Shown one piece after another: positions 1-12,316 of a stretch of 64,000 nt of DNA. The stretch covers positions 28,396,001 to 28,460,000 of the forward strand of contig OZ024745.1 of the NCBI GenBank assembly GCA_964016885.1, written 5' to 3'. Below the pieces are notes generated by a model. That model was not told where the DNA came from, searched no databases, and worked only from the letters and a program-made list of their open reading frames with translations. A program made the translations under genes and the position numbers. Source of the stretch: Eledone cirrhosa. Lineage: Eukaryota. Each line of letters opens with the position of its first letter. The first letter of the stretch is position 1.

Positions 1-234
1 GAGAAAGAGTGGTGGCGGCGTGGAGTGGCAAGGTGTGATGTGTCAAACGATGGTCAGGTCCTGTAGGTAATGTCGGATACGATGGGTGGGGTGGGGTGGG
101 TGGGGTGGGGTGGGTGGGGAGGGGGAAGAAACTGTTGGTTTTTTTAATTTTTGTTACTTAATCAGGGAGAGAGGGGTGGACGAAACCCATGACCCTTTTC
201 CGGGATCTCCAAGATGAGGTGATTATTTTAACGT

Positions 235-346
235 GCAGTTGACCCCTGCTTATGCAGCTGAACTCTGCTTATGCAGTTGACCTTTGCTTATGCAGTAGAT
301 TTTTGCTTATGCAGATGACCTCTGCTTATGCAGTTGACCTCTGCTT
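235..346 (+). repeat. 20-21 bp minisatellite (tgcttatgcagttgacctc)n, about 6 copies
   Basis: Direct tandem units visible; related to the array at 5805-6075. Confidence 0.85.
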
Positions 347-540
347 ATATATATATATATATATTTATATAAGTGTGTATATGTGTGTATGTATATATAT
401 ATAGAGAGAGATGTATATGTGTATATATATATATCTTTCATATATAAGTAGAAAGAAAGTGCTCGAGCCCAGAAATGCTATAAAGATAGCTTATAAAATA
501 GGGTGAAGACCTTTAAAAGACGGAAAAAGATGTTGTCGAC

Positions 541-613
541 GGCCACTGTGGGGAATTGAACCCTATATCTTCCAGATACCGACTAGACGCTTTAACCTTT
601 AAGCTAAGAAGCC
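541..613 (-). pseudogene. tRNA-like sequence (tRNA pseudogene or SINE head)
   Basis: Reverse complement has an A-box (tagcttaaaggttaaagcg), an anticodon-like arm tctag-tcggtat-ctgga and a B-box (gggttcaattcc). Confidence 0.55.
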
Positions 614-745
614 AATGATATCTGAACATTGTTGTCCAGTTATCTAGTGAAAATGACGGGAAGAAATGTGTCATATATATATATATATACATATATTCTC
701 AATGCTTCAAAGACCGAAAATTTGGCTTCGTGCATCGTTTATATA

Positions 746-1299
746 TCTACTTATATATATAACCAGCAATTTCTCTGTCTGTCTGTCCGACAGTGGAAAC
801 ACGTGCGTAGAGAGAGGGTGAGAGTGAAAGAAAGAGACAGACTACGAGAGGGGGATAGCGGGAGGGAGAGAGGGAGAGAGAGAGTGAATAGACGCTAAAA
901 CACGTGCTACAGAAACATTACCTTCCCCTCTCCACTGACTTTGGTCACTGAGGCCGAGGGAATCGCACTGAGCGCGTCATAATGACGTAATGCAGACAGC
1001 CAGACATACAGACAGATATTATAAGGGCGCAACGTTATATCTATGTATCTATCTAAAAAGAAAGACTAAGAATTATATAGAGAGAACGCTAAATCGCCTA
1101 ATGCGGTCCCTAGGGCATTGAAAATTTGAAATAATTTTTGCTCAAAACACTCACAGGACCATAAGTATTACATGTCTAAAGTTTGAAAACAATCGGTTGG
1201 ATGGTTCTCAAGTTTTAGTGAGCGGGCAGACAGACAGACATTCTCTGTTTTAGATATATAGACTAGCAGAAAACCGCCCCCCGGATGGTTTTCTGCTAG
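746..1299 (+). mobile_element. Non-autonomous Helitron, composite
   Basis: 5' A|TC start, (gtct)n microsatellite near the 5' end, 3' hairpin ending in CTAG|T. Confidence 0.75.
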
Positions 1300-1845
1300 T
1301 CTACTTATATATATAACCAGCAATTTCTCTGTCTGTCTGTCCGACAGTGGAAACACGTGCGTAGAGAGAGAGTGGGAGTGAAAGAAAGAGACAGACTACG
1401 AGAGGGGGATAGCGGGAGGGAGAGAGGGAGAGAGAGTGAATAGACGCTAAAACACGTGCTACAGAAACATTACCTTCCCCTCTCCACTGACTTTGGTCAC
1501 TGAGGCCGAGGGAATCGCACTGAGCGCGTCATAATGACGTAATGCAGACAGCCAGACATACAGACAGATGGAAACATGTGCGTAGAGAGAGAGAGAGTGA
1601 GAGTGAAAGAAAGAGACAGACTACGAGAGGGGGATAGCGGGAGGGAGAGAGGGGGATAGCGGGAGGGAGAGAGGGAGAGAGAGAGAGAGTGAATAGACGC
1701 TAAAACACGTGCTATAGAAACATTACCTTCCCCTCTCCACTGACTTTGGTCACTGAGGCCGAGGGAATCGCTGGTTGCTATAGAGACACCTTGCACAAGC
1801 CAGAAGTAACCAGTTCGAGGCGGTTCTGACTTGACACCATACGAA
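1300..1845 (+). mobile_element. Second Helitron copy head-to-tail with the first; 3' limit uncertain
   Basis: CTAG|TC junction at 1296-1301; 1300-1567 nearly identical to 746-1017; internal duplication 1568-1770. Confidence 0.7.
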
Positions 1846-2582
1846 GAAAGGTTGCCATTGAATTTGTGGTTGTTGCTGCTGATAATAAGGACCATTTGAA
1901 GAAGGTTGCTGCTGATGAGGTAATTTATTAATCAGATTGCACAGTTCCATAACCTACGTTTGATTTGTTCAATTTTTTTCTTCAATTTTTTTTTGTTGTT
2001 TTTTTTAATTTCTTATTGAAAAAATATAAATAATAAAATAAGGTTAGAAATTTAAATACAATTAAATACGATTTAATTTCCATTTCCAGCAGCCAATGTC
2101 CAGTGTTCAATTTCATGAAATAATTGGAAATAATTCAAAAAATTGAAGTTTAACTTTTGAACATTTGTTTTGACAATAAAAAAATATTTCCTTATTCACA
2201 CCTAATGGTATGATTAAAATTTCATAGGAATATTTTTTTCTAACCGCCAGTTATTTAAATATTATTAAAAATAAATTTTTTTTTTTAAAGAATGGAAGAT
2301 TTTGTGGATTTTTTTACCACCTTCCAAGCCTTAAACACTAATTCTCGCGAATTTGTGTTTTGTAATGACCCTCAGGACGCTGCTATTGTTGATTCCAATA
2401 GTGCCTGGTATTCGAATATGTTAGTATACAATTTTTTGAATAAAATTAAGGTGCAATTAGAGCTGCCAAACAAAATTTTTTTCGGCTTCGGCCCATATTA
2501 TTTTTGGGAAAATTCTATTGGCTCTAATGAGTCTGCCTCTGTTGGCGTTATTTGCGACAGTCACCATTTCTTGACTTTCAAG

Positions 2583-3043
2583 TCTATATATGTAAAGCTG
2601 AGGTTGTCTGTCTGTCTACTAAAGCCTTCAGCACAGATCTCCTCTTAAACCGTATGTTTAAATTTCGGAGAAATTGCTACACTTATAGATGAAGGTCCGG
2701 TGGAGTCACTGTCTGTCTGTCTACTAAAACCTTCGGCACACATCTCTTAAACCGTACGTTCAAATTTCGGTGAAATTGCTACACTTATAGATGAAAGTCC
2801 GGTGGAGTCTTCGGTCAAAAACATTTTCAAATCGACCCACGCCAAGTGTAAAAATCGAATTTGTAATCTATATATATAAAACTGAGGTTGTCTGTCTGTC
2901 TGTCTACTAAAACCTTCGGCACACATCTCCTCTTAAACCGTACGTTCAAATTTCGGTGAAATTGCTACACTTATAGATGAAGGTCCGGCGGAGTCAAAAT
3001 TTTTCAAATCGACCCACGCCAACTGTAAAAATCGAATTTGTAA
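2583..3043 (+). mobile_element. Stacked Helitron 5'-end fragments (about 3 related copies)
   Basis: Starts TCtatatat..aaactgagg followed by (gtct)n at 2583 and 2867; repeated aaaccgtacgttcaaatttcgg blocks. Confidence 0.6.
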
Positions 3044-3549
3044 TCTCCTTATAATATATAACTAGCAATTTCTCTGTCTGTCTGTCCGACAGTGGAAACA
3101 CGTGCGCGCGTGCGAATGTTTTTTGCGCACGCATAGAGAGAGAGTGAGAGTGAAAGAAAGAGACAGACTACGAGAGGGGGATAGCGGGAGGGAGAGAGAG
3201 AGAGTGAATAGACGCTAAAACACGTGCGCGCGTGCGAATGTTTTTTGCGCACGCGTAGAGAGAGAGTGAGAGTGAAAGAAAGAGACAGACTAAAAGAGGG
3301 GGATAGCGGGAGGGAGAGAGGGGGGAATTGAGGAGTGCTACAGAAACATATATACATTTCTCTGTGTGTGTAATATATATATATATGCACACACAGAAAA
3401 TATATATATACACACAGAAATATATATACATTTCTGTGTGTGTAATATATATATATATACACACAGAAATATATATACATTTCTGTGTGTGTAATATATA
3501 TATATATATATACTAGCAGAAAACCACCCGGTGGGTGGTTTTCTGCTAG
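3044..3549 (+). mobile_element. Non-autonomous Helitron, followed head-to-tail by another 5' end at 3550
   Basis: A|TCtccttataat start; ends in a 37-bp palindrome with terminal CTAG; next element begins TC at 3550. Confidence 0.7.
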
Positions 3550-4399
3550 TCTGTATATATATAAAGACGAAGTTTTCTGTATGTGTGTGTATGTGTGTGT
3601 GGACAATTTTTAATGAGGGCTCATATATTCTAAACCATTCATGCGATTTCTTTGAAATTTTTTACAGAGCTTCTCCTTGTAAAAAAATGCTGTACATGAT
3701 CTACAAAGGCTTTCAAAAATCGATATTGGAGCCTTTGGAGACATTAAAAAAGTTTCGGTTATTTGTGTGAATTTTCGTGATTAAGTAAGACAAGAGTTAT
3801 CTTTCGTAATTCGACTCATTCGGATTTTAATTTACTCTTTGTACTTGAAACAAAAGGCACGCTTCCTTGAGACTAACAATATCATTTTGTATATTTCACA
3901 ACCAGCAATTTCTAACAGATTACTAAGTTAAGTTATAGATTTGACATTGTATAATTTATCGTTTCAAGCTTGATGTTCATACATTAAGTGATGTCACAAC
4001 TTTTACAATATTATGCTTTGTACATAATAGTGTCTATTATTCACTTCACTTCTCTATTTCATGATGAGCTTTTACTGTTGTCAAAAGAATGTATACCTAG
4101 ACTGGATTTCTGTTGTTACATGGTATAACGGATGACACCAAGCTCACATATTAATTATTTCGCTTGAGTAGTGCCTAAGGTTTTCATGTTTACATAAAGT
4201 ACGTTTTTCTTCTATGTATTCAAATTTACTTTGTTTAGTTTAATGAGCTACATCGAAAGCAAGTAAGTATGTTTTGAAACAGTGAGCAGGTTTGAAATTA
4301 GAAAATAGAATAGCTTTCACCGTATTTTTGACTAAAGGAATTTTAGCCTGATAATAGGGTTTAGAACCCTGAGATAAATGGAAAAAGATGAGTATTGAC

Positions 4400-4436
<37 letters not shown>

Positions 4437-5169
4437 TAAAGAGAAAAGACAACAGATAGAACGAGGTAGTAGAGGAACCATGGAACATAGAACAAGCATC
4501 TCCATCTATTACAAAATATCGTTATATCTTCTTACATATATATATATTAACTTGCTTGACTTCTATATATCTCTCTTCTCTACACACGTCCAGTCTACTT
4601 CTTTAATCCATCTATTATCTATATCAATGTAATAATAGCAAACAGTAGACAATACACTCGCCGAGTGCTAATCCATCACTCTTTTAACGAGTTCAACAGG
4701 TTTAGGCGTCAAATTGTCAATATACTGTAGTAGAATATCTAAGCCTCATAGATATCTGACGTAAACATTCAATATATGTTTATGTGCTTTTAGGTGTGTT
4801 GTGTGTCTTTATATATTGCGTATTTTGTACGTGTATGTTTATATATATATAAATGTATATAGGGAGACAGACATCTGTATATATGTATATATGTATATAT
4901 TATATGTATCTGTGTGTATATAGATATATCTTGTTTCAAACAATAAGAACAGCAGGAATCGACCAATGGAAGATATGAAAAGTTGTGAAAGGATATTTGG
5001 CTATTTCATTGACTTCAGTATGAAGACATATCGTCTGCAAGTTAATGAGAACGGACACGACATCAACGTATATTTAACACTTCATATCTACTCTAAACAC
5101 CTTTCACTATTTACTTTAACACTCTTGACGCCATCTTTCCAAGTCGAATTCATTTGTCATATACATCGT

Positions 5170-5179
5170 AGACATCTCC

Positions 5180-5211
<32 letters not shown>

Positions 5212-5625
5212 CGCTACCACCACCGCCGCCATCACCGCAACCCCCACCCCCACCCGCACCACCACAACCACACCACCAACAACAATAACAAGGCTACCAC
5301 CGCCACCACCAATACCACCATCACCCCCACCAATACCACCACCATCACTACCACCAACAATACCACTACCACCACCACCAATGCCACCATCACCACCACC
5401 AACACTACTACCACCACCATAACTACCACCAACAATACTACTACCACTACCATCACCACCACCAATACCACCATCACCACCACCAATACCACTAACACCA
5501 CCACCACCAATATCACTACCACCACCAATACCACCACCACCACCAATACCACCACCAATACCACCACCACTATCACTATGACCACCATCACCACCACCAA
5601 TACCACTACCACCACCATCATCATC
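5170..5625. repeat. Degenerate (ACC)n low-complexity tract
   Basis: Trinucleotide repeat giving spurious poly-T/G/V ORFs. Confidence 0.9.
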
Positions 5626-5804
5626 ATTGTTGAATCGTCTAGGGAAAAGTAAGAAATAAATGAACATAGAAAAATTCGATATATTTGGAAGACAGCTGGG
5701 TCAAGTATTTGGATGAAACTTGCAGAAAACTGATATTTCTAAAGGTTTTCTCCAACACTTGATCATTTAGACATAATTTGACACAGCCACAGTGATTACT
5801 TTAA

Positions 5805-6075
5805 CCTATAGTTGATCTCTGCTTGTGTAGTTGGCCCATTCTTAAATAGTTGACTCATGCTTGTGTAGTTGACTCCCTACATGTGTAGTTGATCCCTGCT
5901 TGTGTAGTTGACTCTTTCTTATGTAGTTGACCCCTACTTGTGCAGTTGACCTCTGTTTGTGTAGTTGATCGCTGCTTGTGTAGTTGACCTCTGCTATTGT
6001 AGTTGACCCCTACTTGTGTAGTTGATCCCTGTTTGTGTAGTTGACACCTGCTTGTGTAGTTGACTCCTGCTTAGG
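5805..6075 (+). repeat. 21-bp minisatellite (gttgacccctgcttgtgta..)n, about 13 copies
   Basis: Tandem units visible. Confidence 0.85.
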
Positions 6076-6372
6076 CAGTTCTAAATACAGTTTGGGGCAG
6101 TATGTTCACATTTTGTCTCAAATTCTACATGCGCTGACATGTCAAATGGAAAAAAATAGTTACTACAAATGTGTTGTTTTTGTTGTTGTTTTTTGTTTGG
6201 TTTGCTTTTTTGACCGGTGGGTTTTTGTCCAGTGAGAATTTTGTCCTGGGGTTTTGTCATTAACTCCGATTTTGAATTATACAAAAAAAAAAAGAAACAA
6301 AGTAAAGATGTGAGTCCAAGAACGACAATCTAAATGAAAATATTTTACACTAACACGTGTATTATTAATGAT

Positions 6373-6640
6373 GGCACGTGGCCTATGGTTAAGGTGTTTG
6401 ATTTACGATCATAATCTCATGAATTAGATTCTTGGACCAGTGGGTGCGTTATGTTCTTGGGCAAAGTACTTTATTTCACGTTTCTTCAGTACACTCAGCT
6501 GAAAATGAGTACCAATAGTAGCTTGAGGAGATGACCCTGCGATGGACTCGCGTCCTGTCCAGGGGTAGTTTTGTACTCTTAGTCGCTTAACACCGATGAA
6601 AAATGAAACTGGCACCAGCCTCATGAGCCTGGTGGCTTGG
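6373..6640 (+). mobile_element. tRNA-derived CORE-type SINE (other copies near 9150, 19015, 27255, 40685; minus strand near 61140-61550)
   Basis: tRNA-like head followed by a tgtNcttgrgcaagNcactttatttcac CORE-like block and ctcagctg..aatgagtacc. Confidence 0.65.
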
Positions 6641-6989
6641 AGGAGGGGATTGGAGTAGGAGACATTGAAGTGGTTAGGCTGTTAATTGGTTTTAGTTTAT
6701 TATCGATCCACAAGATCCCAGACATCATTCACTTACCGGGTGTGGGGAAACTCGTCAAATGAGACCATGTAAACAATGTTGCCACTGGTCTTTCTATCGT
6801 TCATACTATCTACCGGTCGCAACTCCTGGCAGAAAACGCAATGTGAAATAAAATGTCTTTCTCAAGGACATAACGCATCACGAACTCGCAACCTTACGAT
6901 TGTGAATCCAAACCTCTAACCACTATTTCATTATACTGGATATGAACTGACCCATTCGTTTCTTTGTGGTTTGCTCTGAACTGACTGCC

Positions 6990-7165
6990 ACATAAGAGTA
7001 GATGATGACTAAATACCTGGCATTGACTGACCGTTTCCTTTGTGTACCAAGTCAACATTGAGACCTTTGGTGTTCACGGTCCTCAGGCTGTTGTTTTCCC
7101 CTACAGATCGAGAGGAGAGAATCCTGCCTGAGGTAGGAACTTGTGAGATGCAATGCTTTCGCCAT
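6990..7165 (+). pseudogene. Decayed C-terminal restriction-like endonuclease of a CRE-type non-LTR retrotransposon
   Basis: Manual translation TKYLALTDRFLCVP/VNIETFGVHGPQAVVF (one frameshift) aligns with SKYRSFSDRFAVVPLAVETSGDLGPRATSLF at 53.7 kb. Confidence 0.6.
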
Positions 7166-8475
7166 CTTATTCACGGGACGTATGCAACTGAGATATACCG
7201 TCTCGCCATCTTATACGCAGGACGTATGCAACTGAGATATACCGTCTCACAATCTTATACGCGGGACGTATGCAATTGAGATATATCGTCTCGCCATCTT
7301 ATTCGCGGGACGTATGCAACTGAGATATACCGTCTCGCCATCTTATTCGCGGGACGTATACAACTGAGATATATCGTCTCGCCATCTTATTCGCGGGACG
7401 TATGCAACTGAGATATATCGTCTCGCCATCTTATTCGCGGGACGTATGCAACTGAGATATACCGTCTCACCATCTTATTCGCGGTACGTATGCAACTGAG
7501 ATATACCGTCTCGCCATCTTATTCGCGGGACGTATGCAAGTGAGATATACCGTCTCGCCATCTTATTCGCGGTACGTATGCAACTGATATATACCGTCTC
7601 GCCATCTTATTCGCGGGACGTAGGCAACTGAGATATACCGTCTCGCCATCTTATTCGCGGGACGTATGCAACTGAGATATACCGTCTCGCCATCTTATTC
7701 GCGGGACGTATGCAACTGAGATATACCGTCTCACCATCTTATTCACGGGACGGACATATGCAACTGAGATATACCGTCTCGCCATCTTATTCGCGGTACG
7801 TATGCAACTGAGATATATCGTCTCGCCATCTTATTCGCGGGACGTATGCAACTGAGATATACCGTCTCGCCATCTTATTCACGGGACGTATGCAACTGAG
7901 ATATACCGTCTCGCCATCTTATTCGCGGGACGTAGGCAACTGAGATATACCGTCTCGCCATCTTATTCACGGGGCGTATGCAACTGAGATATACCGTCTC
8001 ACCATCTTATACGCGGGACATATGCAACTGAGATATACCGTCTCACCATCTTATACGCGGGACGTAGGCAACTGAGATATACCGTCTCACCATCTTATAC
8101 GCGGGACGTATGCAACTGAGATATACCGTCTCACCATCTTATACGCGGGACGTATGCAACTGAGATATACCGTCTCGCCATCTTATTCACGGGACGTATG
8201 CAACTGAGATATACCGTCTCGCCATCTTATTCGCGGGACGTAGGCAACTGAGATATACCGTCTCGCCATCTTATTCACGGGGCGTATGCAACTGAGATAT
8301 ACCGTCTCACCATCTTATACGCGGGACATATGCAACTGAGATATACCGTCTCACCATCTTATACGCGGGACGTAGGCAACTGAGATATACCGTCTCACCA
8401 TCTTATACGCGGGACGTATGCAACTGAGATATACCGTCTCACCATCTTATACGCGGGACGTAGGCAACTGAGATG
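7160..8475 (+). repeat. 44-bp CpG-rich minisatellite, about 30 copies
   Basis: Unit gccatcttattcgcgggacgtatgcaactgagatataccgtctc; period 44 (7381 to 7425). Confidence 0.95.
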
Positions 8476-8523
8476 TACCATCAGCTAAGAATGCAGAATC
8501 ACCTCTTCTTTTTATTAACTCCC

Positions 8524-8839
8524 TACTATCTGGTCTCGAATAATAGTCCCCCACCCTACCCTCTGTTTATTAATTTTTCAGATTTTTCCCAACCCCCACC
8601 TGCTCTTATTCCAACCCCCAACCCCGCTTTTTAAAAGTTAGCTAATCTATCTCCGACAAAGTGGTAGCATTCCTGTGACAATTAATTATCTTTAGGCATT
8701 AAAAAAACATACATGACAAATAAAGAATATTACTAGAAATCCCATACAAAAATATTAAGGGAGACAACCTACAAAAATTATCGACAACCCACCATCGCTT
8801 ATTTCCCCCACCACCACTATTATTTGGGACCCGAATGTA
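8524..8839. mobile_element. Tc1/mariner-pogo-like MITE
   Basis: TA at both ends, imperfect TIRs ggtctcgaataatag / ctattatttgggaccc. Confidence 0.6.
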
Positions 8840-9385
8840 ACTGTTTGTTTATTTTTCACTTCCTATTTGTAATTTTATGCAGCTCCTAAATTTTACTTCT
8901 AGACACCGAGATGGTAAGCAAGGACCGACTGACAGACGTATTTAACACCACTTATATATAAGTTACAAAAGCAAGAGAGAGGGTGGCACAGGAAACACAA
9001 ATACGAAAAAGAAGGTGAAAAACTAGGACAAGCACAGAGCAAGAACAATAACTCTAGGAGAAGTATGATAGAGTTATATACCTTATATTACAAACGATTT
9101 AAAATGGTACGAGGGTGGGGGGAGAAGCAGTACACACATTGAGAAGGTAACTTAGGGATTAGGGTGTTCAGCTCGCAATCGTAAGGTCATGTGTTTGACT
9201 CATGGTGTCGTAAATATTCTTCAATAAAATATTCTATTTCATGCTGCTCTAGTCTACTCAGCTGGACAAGCTGAGCTATACCTGTAATACAATGGGTCAG
9301 CCATGTCACACACTGTCACGCTGAATCTCACTGTACATGTTGTTTTGCTTTTTTTCTCTTCCTGTTTGTAATGTTATATATAAGC

Positions 9386-9727
9386 TACTCTTGGGTCCCA
9401 AATAATAGGGGTCGGCTGGAATAAGCGGGTGAGGGGGGACATTTGCTTAAATTCTTATAAGCAGTCGGGTGAAATCTGTAATTGTATAGTGTACCTTCGT
9501 AAATATGGGATTTCTTGTAATATTCTTCTTTTGTCATATACAATGTTGTTTTTTTTATGTAAAATAAAATTATTAGATTCTCCAGCTGCTGTATCAATAT
9601 GAATCACTTACAATAAAATTTCGCTGGAGATAGATTAGCAAAATGTAATAAGCGGTGAGGTTAGAAAAATCTGAAAAATTAATAAGTAGGAAAGGGGGGG
9701 GGGGGCATTATTAAAGACCTGAGCGTA
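9386..9727. mobile_element. Second copy of the same MITE family, opposite orientation
   Basis: TA ends; TIR tactcttgggtcccaaataatag; internal gaaaaatctgaaaaattaataa is the reverse complement of the 8.57 kb copy. Confidence 0.6.
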
Positions 9728-9924
9728 CACGTGTCTGTGAAATGCCCAACCGCTTTCACGTTAATTTCATGAGCATTCTCTTCCGTTGTTCGGAGAACTA
9801 GAACACCGATCGTTGCAATCGACGGAGGAACGACACAATCATAGTCATTGTGTTTGTTCTTGGAAGCTTGGTTAATTAATGGTAGTTGAAAATTGTTATT
9901 ATTGTTGTTAATATGGTGGTTGAG

Positions 9925-10288
9925 GATGGTGGATAGAGTGCGTAGCTCGGAGATCAGAGGGCCGTCACTCCAGGTAGAGCCGCTACTTCTCGGAATTGAG
10001 AGATCACAGCTCCGATACTATGGCTATGTTGTAAGAATGTCTCAGAAAAGAATCGCTGGACAGATTTACGGTCAAAACTACCCAGAGGGTGACCCCGAGC
10101 AAGCTGGTTCCATAATATCCATGAGCTTGGCTAGTCTTGCTTGGGGATCTGACCGGATCCGTTGGAGACGGTTGCTTCTGACAGGACCCACTGAGAGGAG
10201 TGTTTGAGGGCTCTCCACGACCCTCTCAGAAATAAGTGGAAGAAGAAGAAGAAGAAGAAGAAGAAGAAGAAGAAGAAGAAGAAGAAGA
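9925..10288 (+). mobile_element. RTE-clade LINE 3' end with (AAG)n tail
   Basis: DRVRSSEIR..VEPLLLGIERSQLRYYGYVVRM..KLPRG*PRASW matches the RTE/Expander C-terminus; simple-repeat tail. Confidence 0.8.
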
Positions 10289-10474
10289 ATGGAGGTGGAC
10301 TGGCAGGATTTGTTGGGGTCATTGTCATATTTGTTCAGGCTCTTTACATTCTGAGCTCAAGTCCTGCCGAGATCAACTTTGCCTTTCGCCGTTCCGAGGT
10401 CAATAAAATAAACTACCAATCATGTACAAGGGTTGATATAGACTCACCCTCCCCATAATTGTATTTTTCTCCCA

Positions 10475-11100
10475 TGGAAGAGAGTTCCGTATAGTAGATA
10501 TAGAGAGGAGGATTGGAAGAGAGTTCCGTATAGTAGATATAGAGAGGAGGATTGGAAGAGAGTTCCATATAGTAGATATAGAGAGGAGGATTGGAAGAGA
10601 GTTCCGTATAGTAGATATAGAGAGAGGGGAGTTTGGAGGTAATGAATAGAGTGAGAGGATTGATAGAGATAGGTATTGATAGATATAGAGAGGGAGAGAG
10701 TTTGGTAGTGATGGATAGAGGGAGAGGGAATGAGAGAGAGTGTTGTATGGTAGATATATAGAGAGCGATAGTTTGGTGATAAGTGATATAGAGAGGGGGG
10801 TTGAGAGAGTGTTGTATGGTAGGTATAGAGAGGGGGAGAGTTTGGTGTTAATTGATATAGAGAAGGGTATTGGAAGAGAGTTTCATGTAGTAGATATAGA
10901 GAGGAGGAGAGTTTGGTGTTAATTGATATAGAGAGGGGGATTGGGACAATATGTTGCATGGTTGATGTGGAGAGGGGGAGAGTTTGAATAGAGGGGGAGG
11001 ATTGATAGAGATAGGTATTGATAGACATAGGGAGTGGGAGAGTTTGGTAGTGATAGATAGAGTGAGAGGGAATAAGGGAGAGTTCCGTGTAGTAGATATC
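10475..11100 (+). repeat. Purine-rich degenerate repeat containing a 39-bp tandem (x4); related block at 54060-54230
   Basis: ggaagagagttccgtatagtagatatagagaggaggatt units. Confidence 0.7.
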
Positions 11101-11158
11101 AGTAATTGTATAGTGTACGTTCGTAAATATGGGATTTTTTGTAAAGTAGCGTTTAAAT

Positions 11159-11571
11159 CAGGAGTCCCCAGATTGCCATGCAGCGGTGGCTCCGCGGCCC
11201 GGATAGCCATGCAGCGGTGGCTCCGCGGGCCGGATAGCCATGCAACGGTGGCTCCGCGGGCCGGATAGCCATGCAGCGGTGGCTCCGCAGCTCGGATGCG
11301 CAATTAATACTTATATACAAATAATTAATCATTTATTTATCCCTTATGTTAGATTTGAAACAAAATTCAACATTGATACTTAGAGCTGTCCCAAGCAGAA
11401 AAATACATTTAAACATTGTTTTATTCGGCAATATCGATAGATCGGGTGCGAATTTATTGCAAACTGTACCCTTTTTAGAAACCTCCAGGGCAGGATAAAG
11501 GCCTTCGCGGGTCAGATTGAAACCCTTCGCGGGCCGGATGTGGCCCGCGGGCCGGGGGTTGGGCACACCTG
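11159..11571. mobile_element. hAT (Charlie-like) MITE with internal ~31-bp GC-rich tandem repeats
   Basis: Ends cagg..ccca / tgggcacacctg; exact 8-bp TSD gtttaaat at 11151-11158 and 11572-11579. Confidence 0.85.
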
Positions 11572-12054
11572 GTTTAAATATTCATTTATCATGGCTAAGC
11601 CTTGTTATTCTGGAGTCTCACCTAGCAAGACTGGTGATCTTGTGAGTGAATCTTGGGAGTAACAAAGCTCACCAATAGCCATAATAAATGAATATATATA
11701 TATTGTAATATTTGTCACCTGTTTGCTTTTATCCATTCTTTTCCCTCCTTCCTATCTTCTCTTCCTTCCTTCCAGTCATCATGTAGCCCCTCATCTCTGT
11801 CCTTCCGGGTAATATTTTATCCAACGCCGCTTCGACGGTATTTTGCTGTTCTAACGCCGAGTTGTCCCATTTTCCTGAGAATATGTATATGTGTGTGTGT
11901 GTATATGTGTGTGTGTGTATATGTGTGTGTGTGTGCATAGGAGATGAATAAATTGGGTATAATATCAGTTTCTTACCAAATGCGAAGAAGCTCGATATAT
12001 TAACCCCTTAGGAAAGAGCACAGAGCATAATTTTTTTTAAATATATATATACAC

Positions 12055-12302
12055 AGTGGCAGTGGAACGGGGGGGGGGGGCATTCCCCCCTCTCCAATAA
12101 TTATATTTTCTCCCCAAACTACAAAAACACACATCTATCACATCTATTTGGATATGCGCTACAATTTATCTACATGTTATGTCTATGGCATATAGAAGTT
12201 TTCTGACCATTTTAGAGTACAAAGAGCTAAAGTAATCCCTACAACAAAATTGTCCAAATTGCCCCTCCGCTCACCAATTCAAAAATGCCTCCACCGACCC
12301 TG
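12055..12302. mobile_element. hAT-like MITE remnant
   Basis: cagtggcagtgga ... tccaccgaccctg imperfect termini. Confidence 0.4.
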
Positions 12303-12316
12303 CTTTGTTAGAATTC

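Noticed and set aside
4341-4380. CUGAUAA plus hairpin as a hammerhead
   Set aside because: C3-A8 mismatch, GAGA instead of GAAA, no stem I partner
4966-5667. 228-aa His/Thr-rich and 183-aa Gly-rich ORFs
   Set aside because: Products of an (ACC)n tract that is open in several frames
6465-6495. CUGAAGA..GAAA on the minus strand of a CORE SINE
   Set aside because: No stem II or III; absent from other copies of the family
7160-8475. 44-bp array as CRISPR or coding repeat
   Set aside because: No unique spacers; unit length is not a multiple of 3
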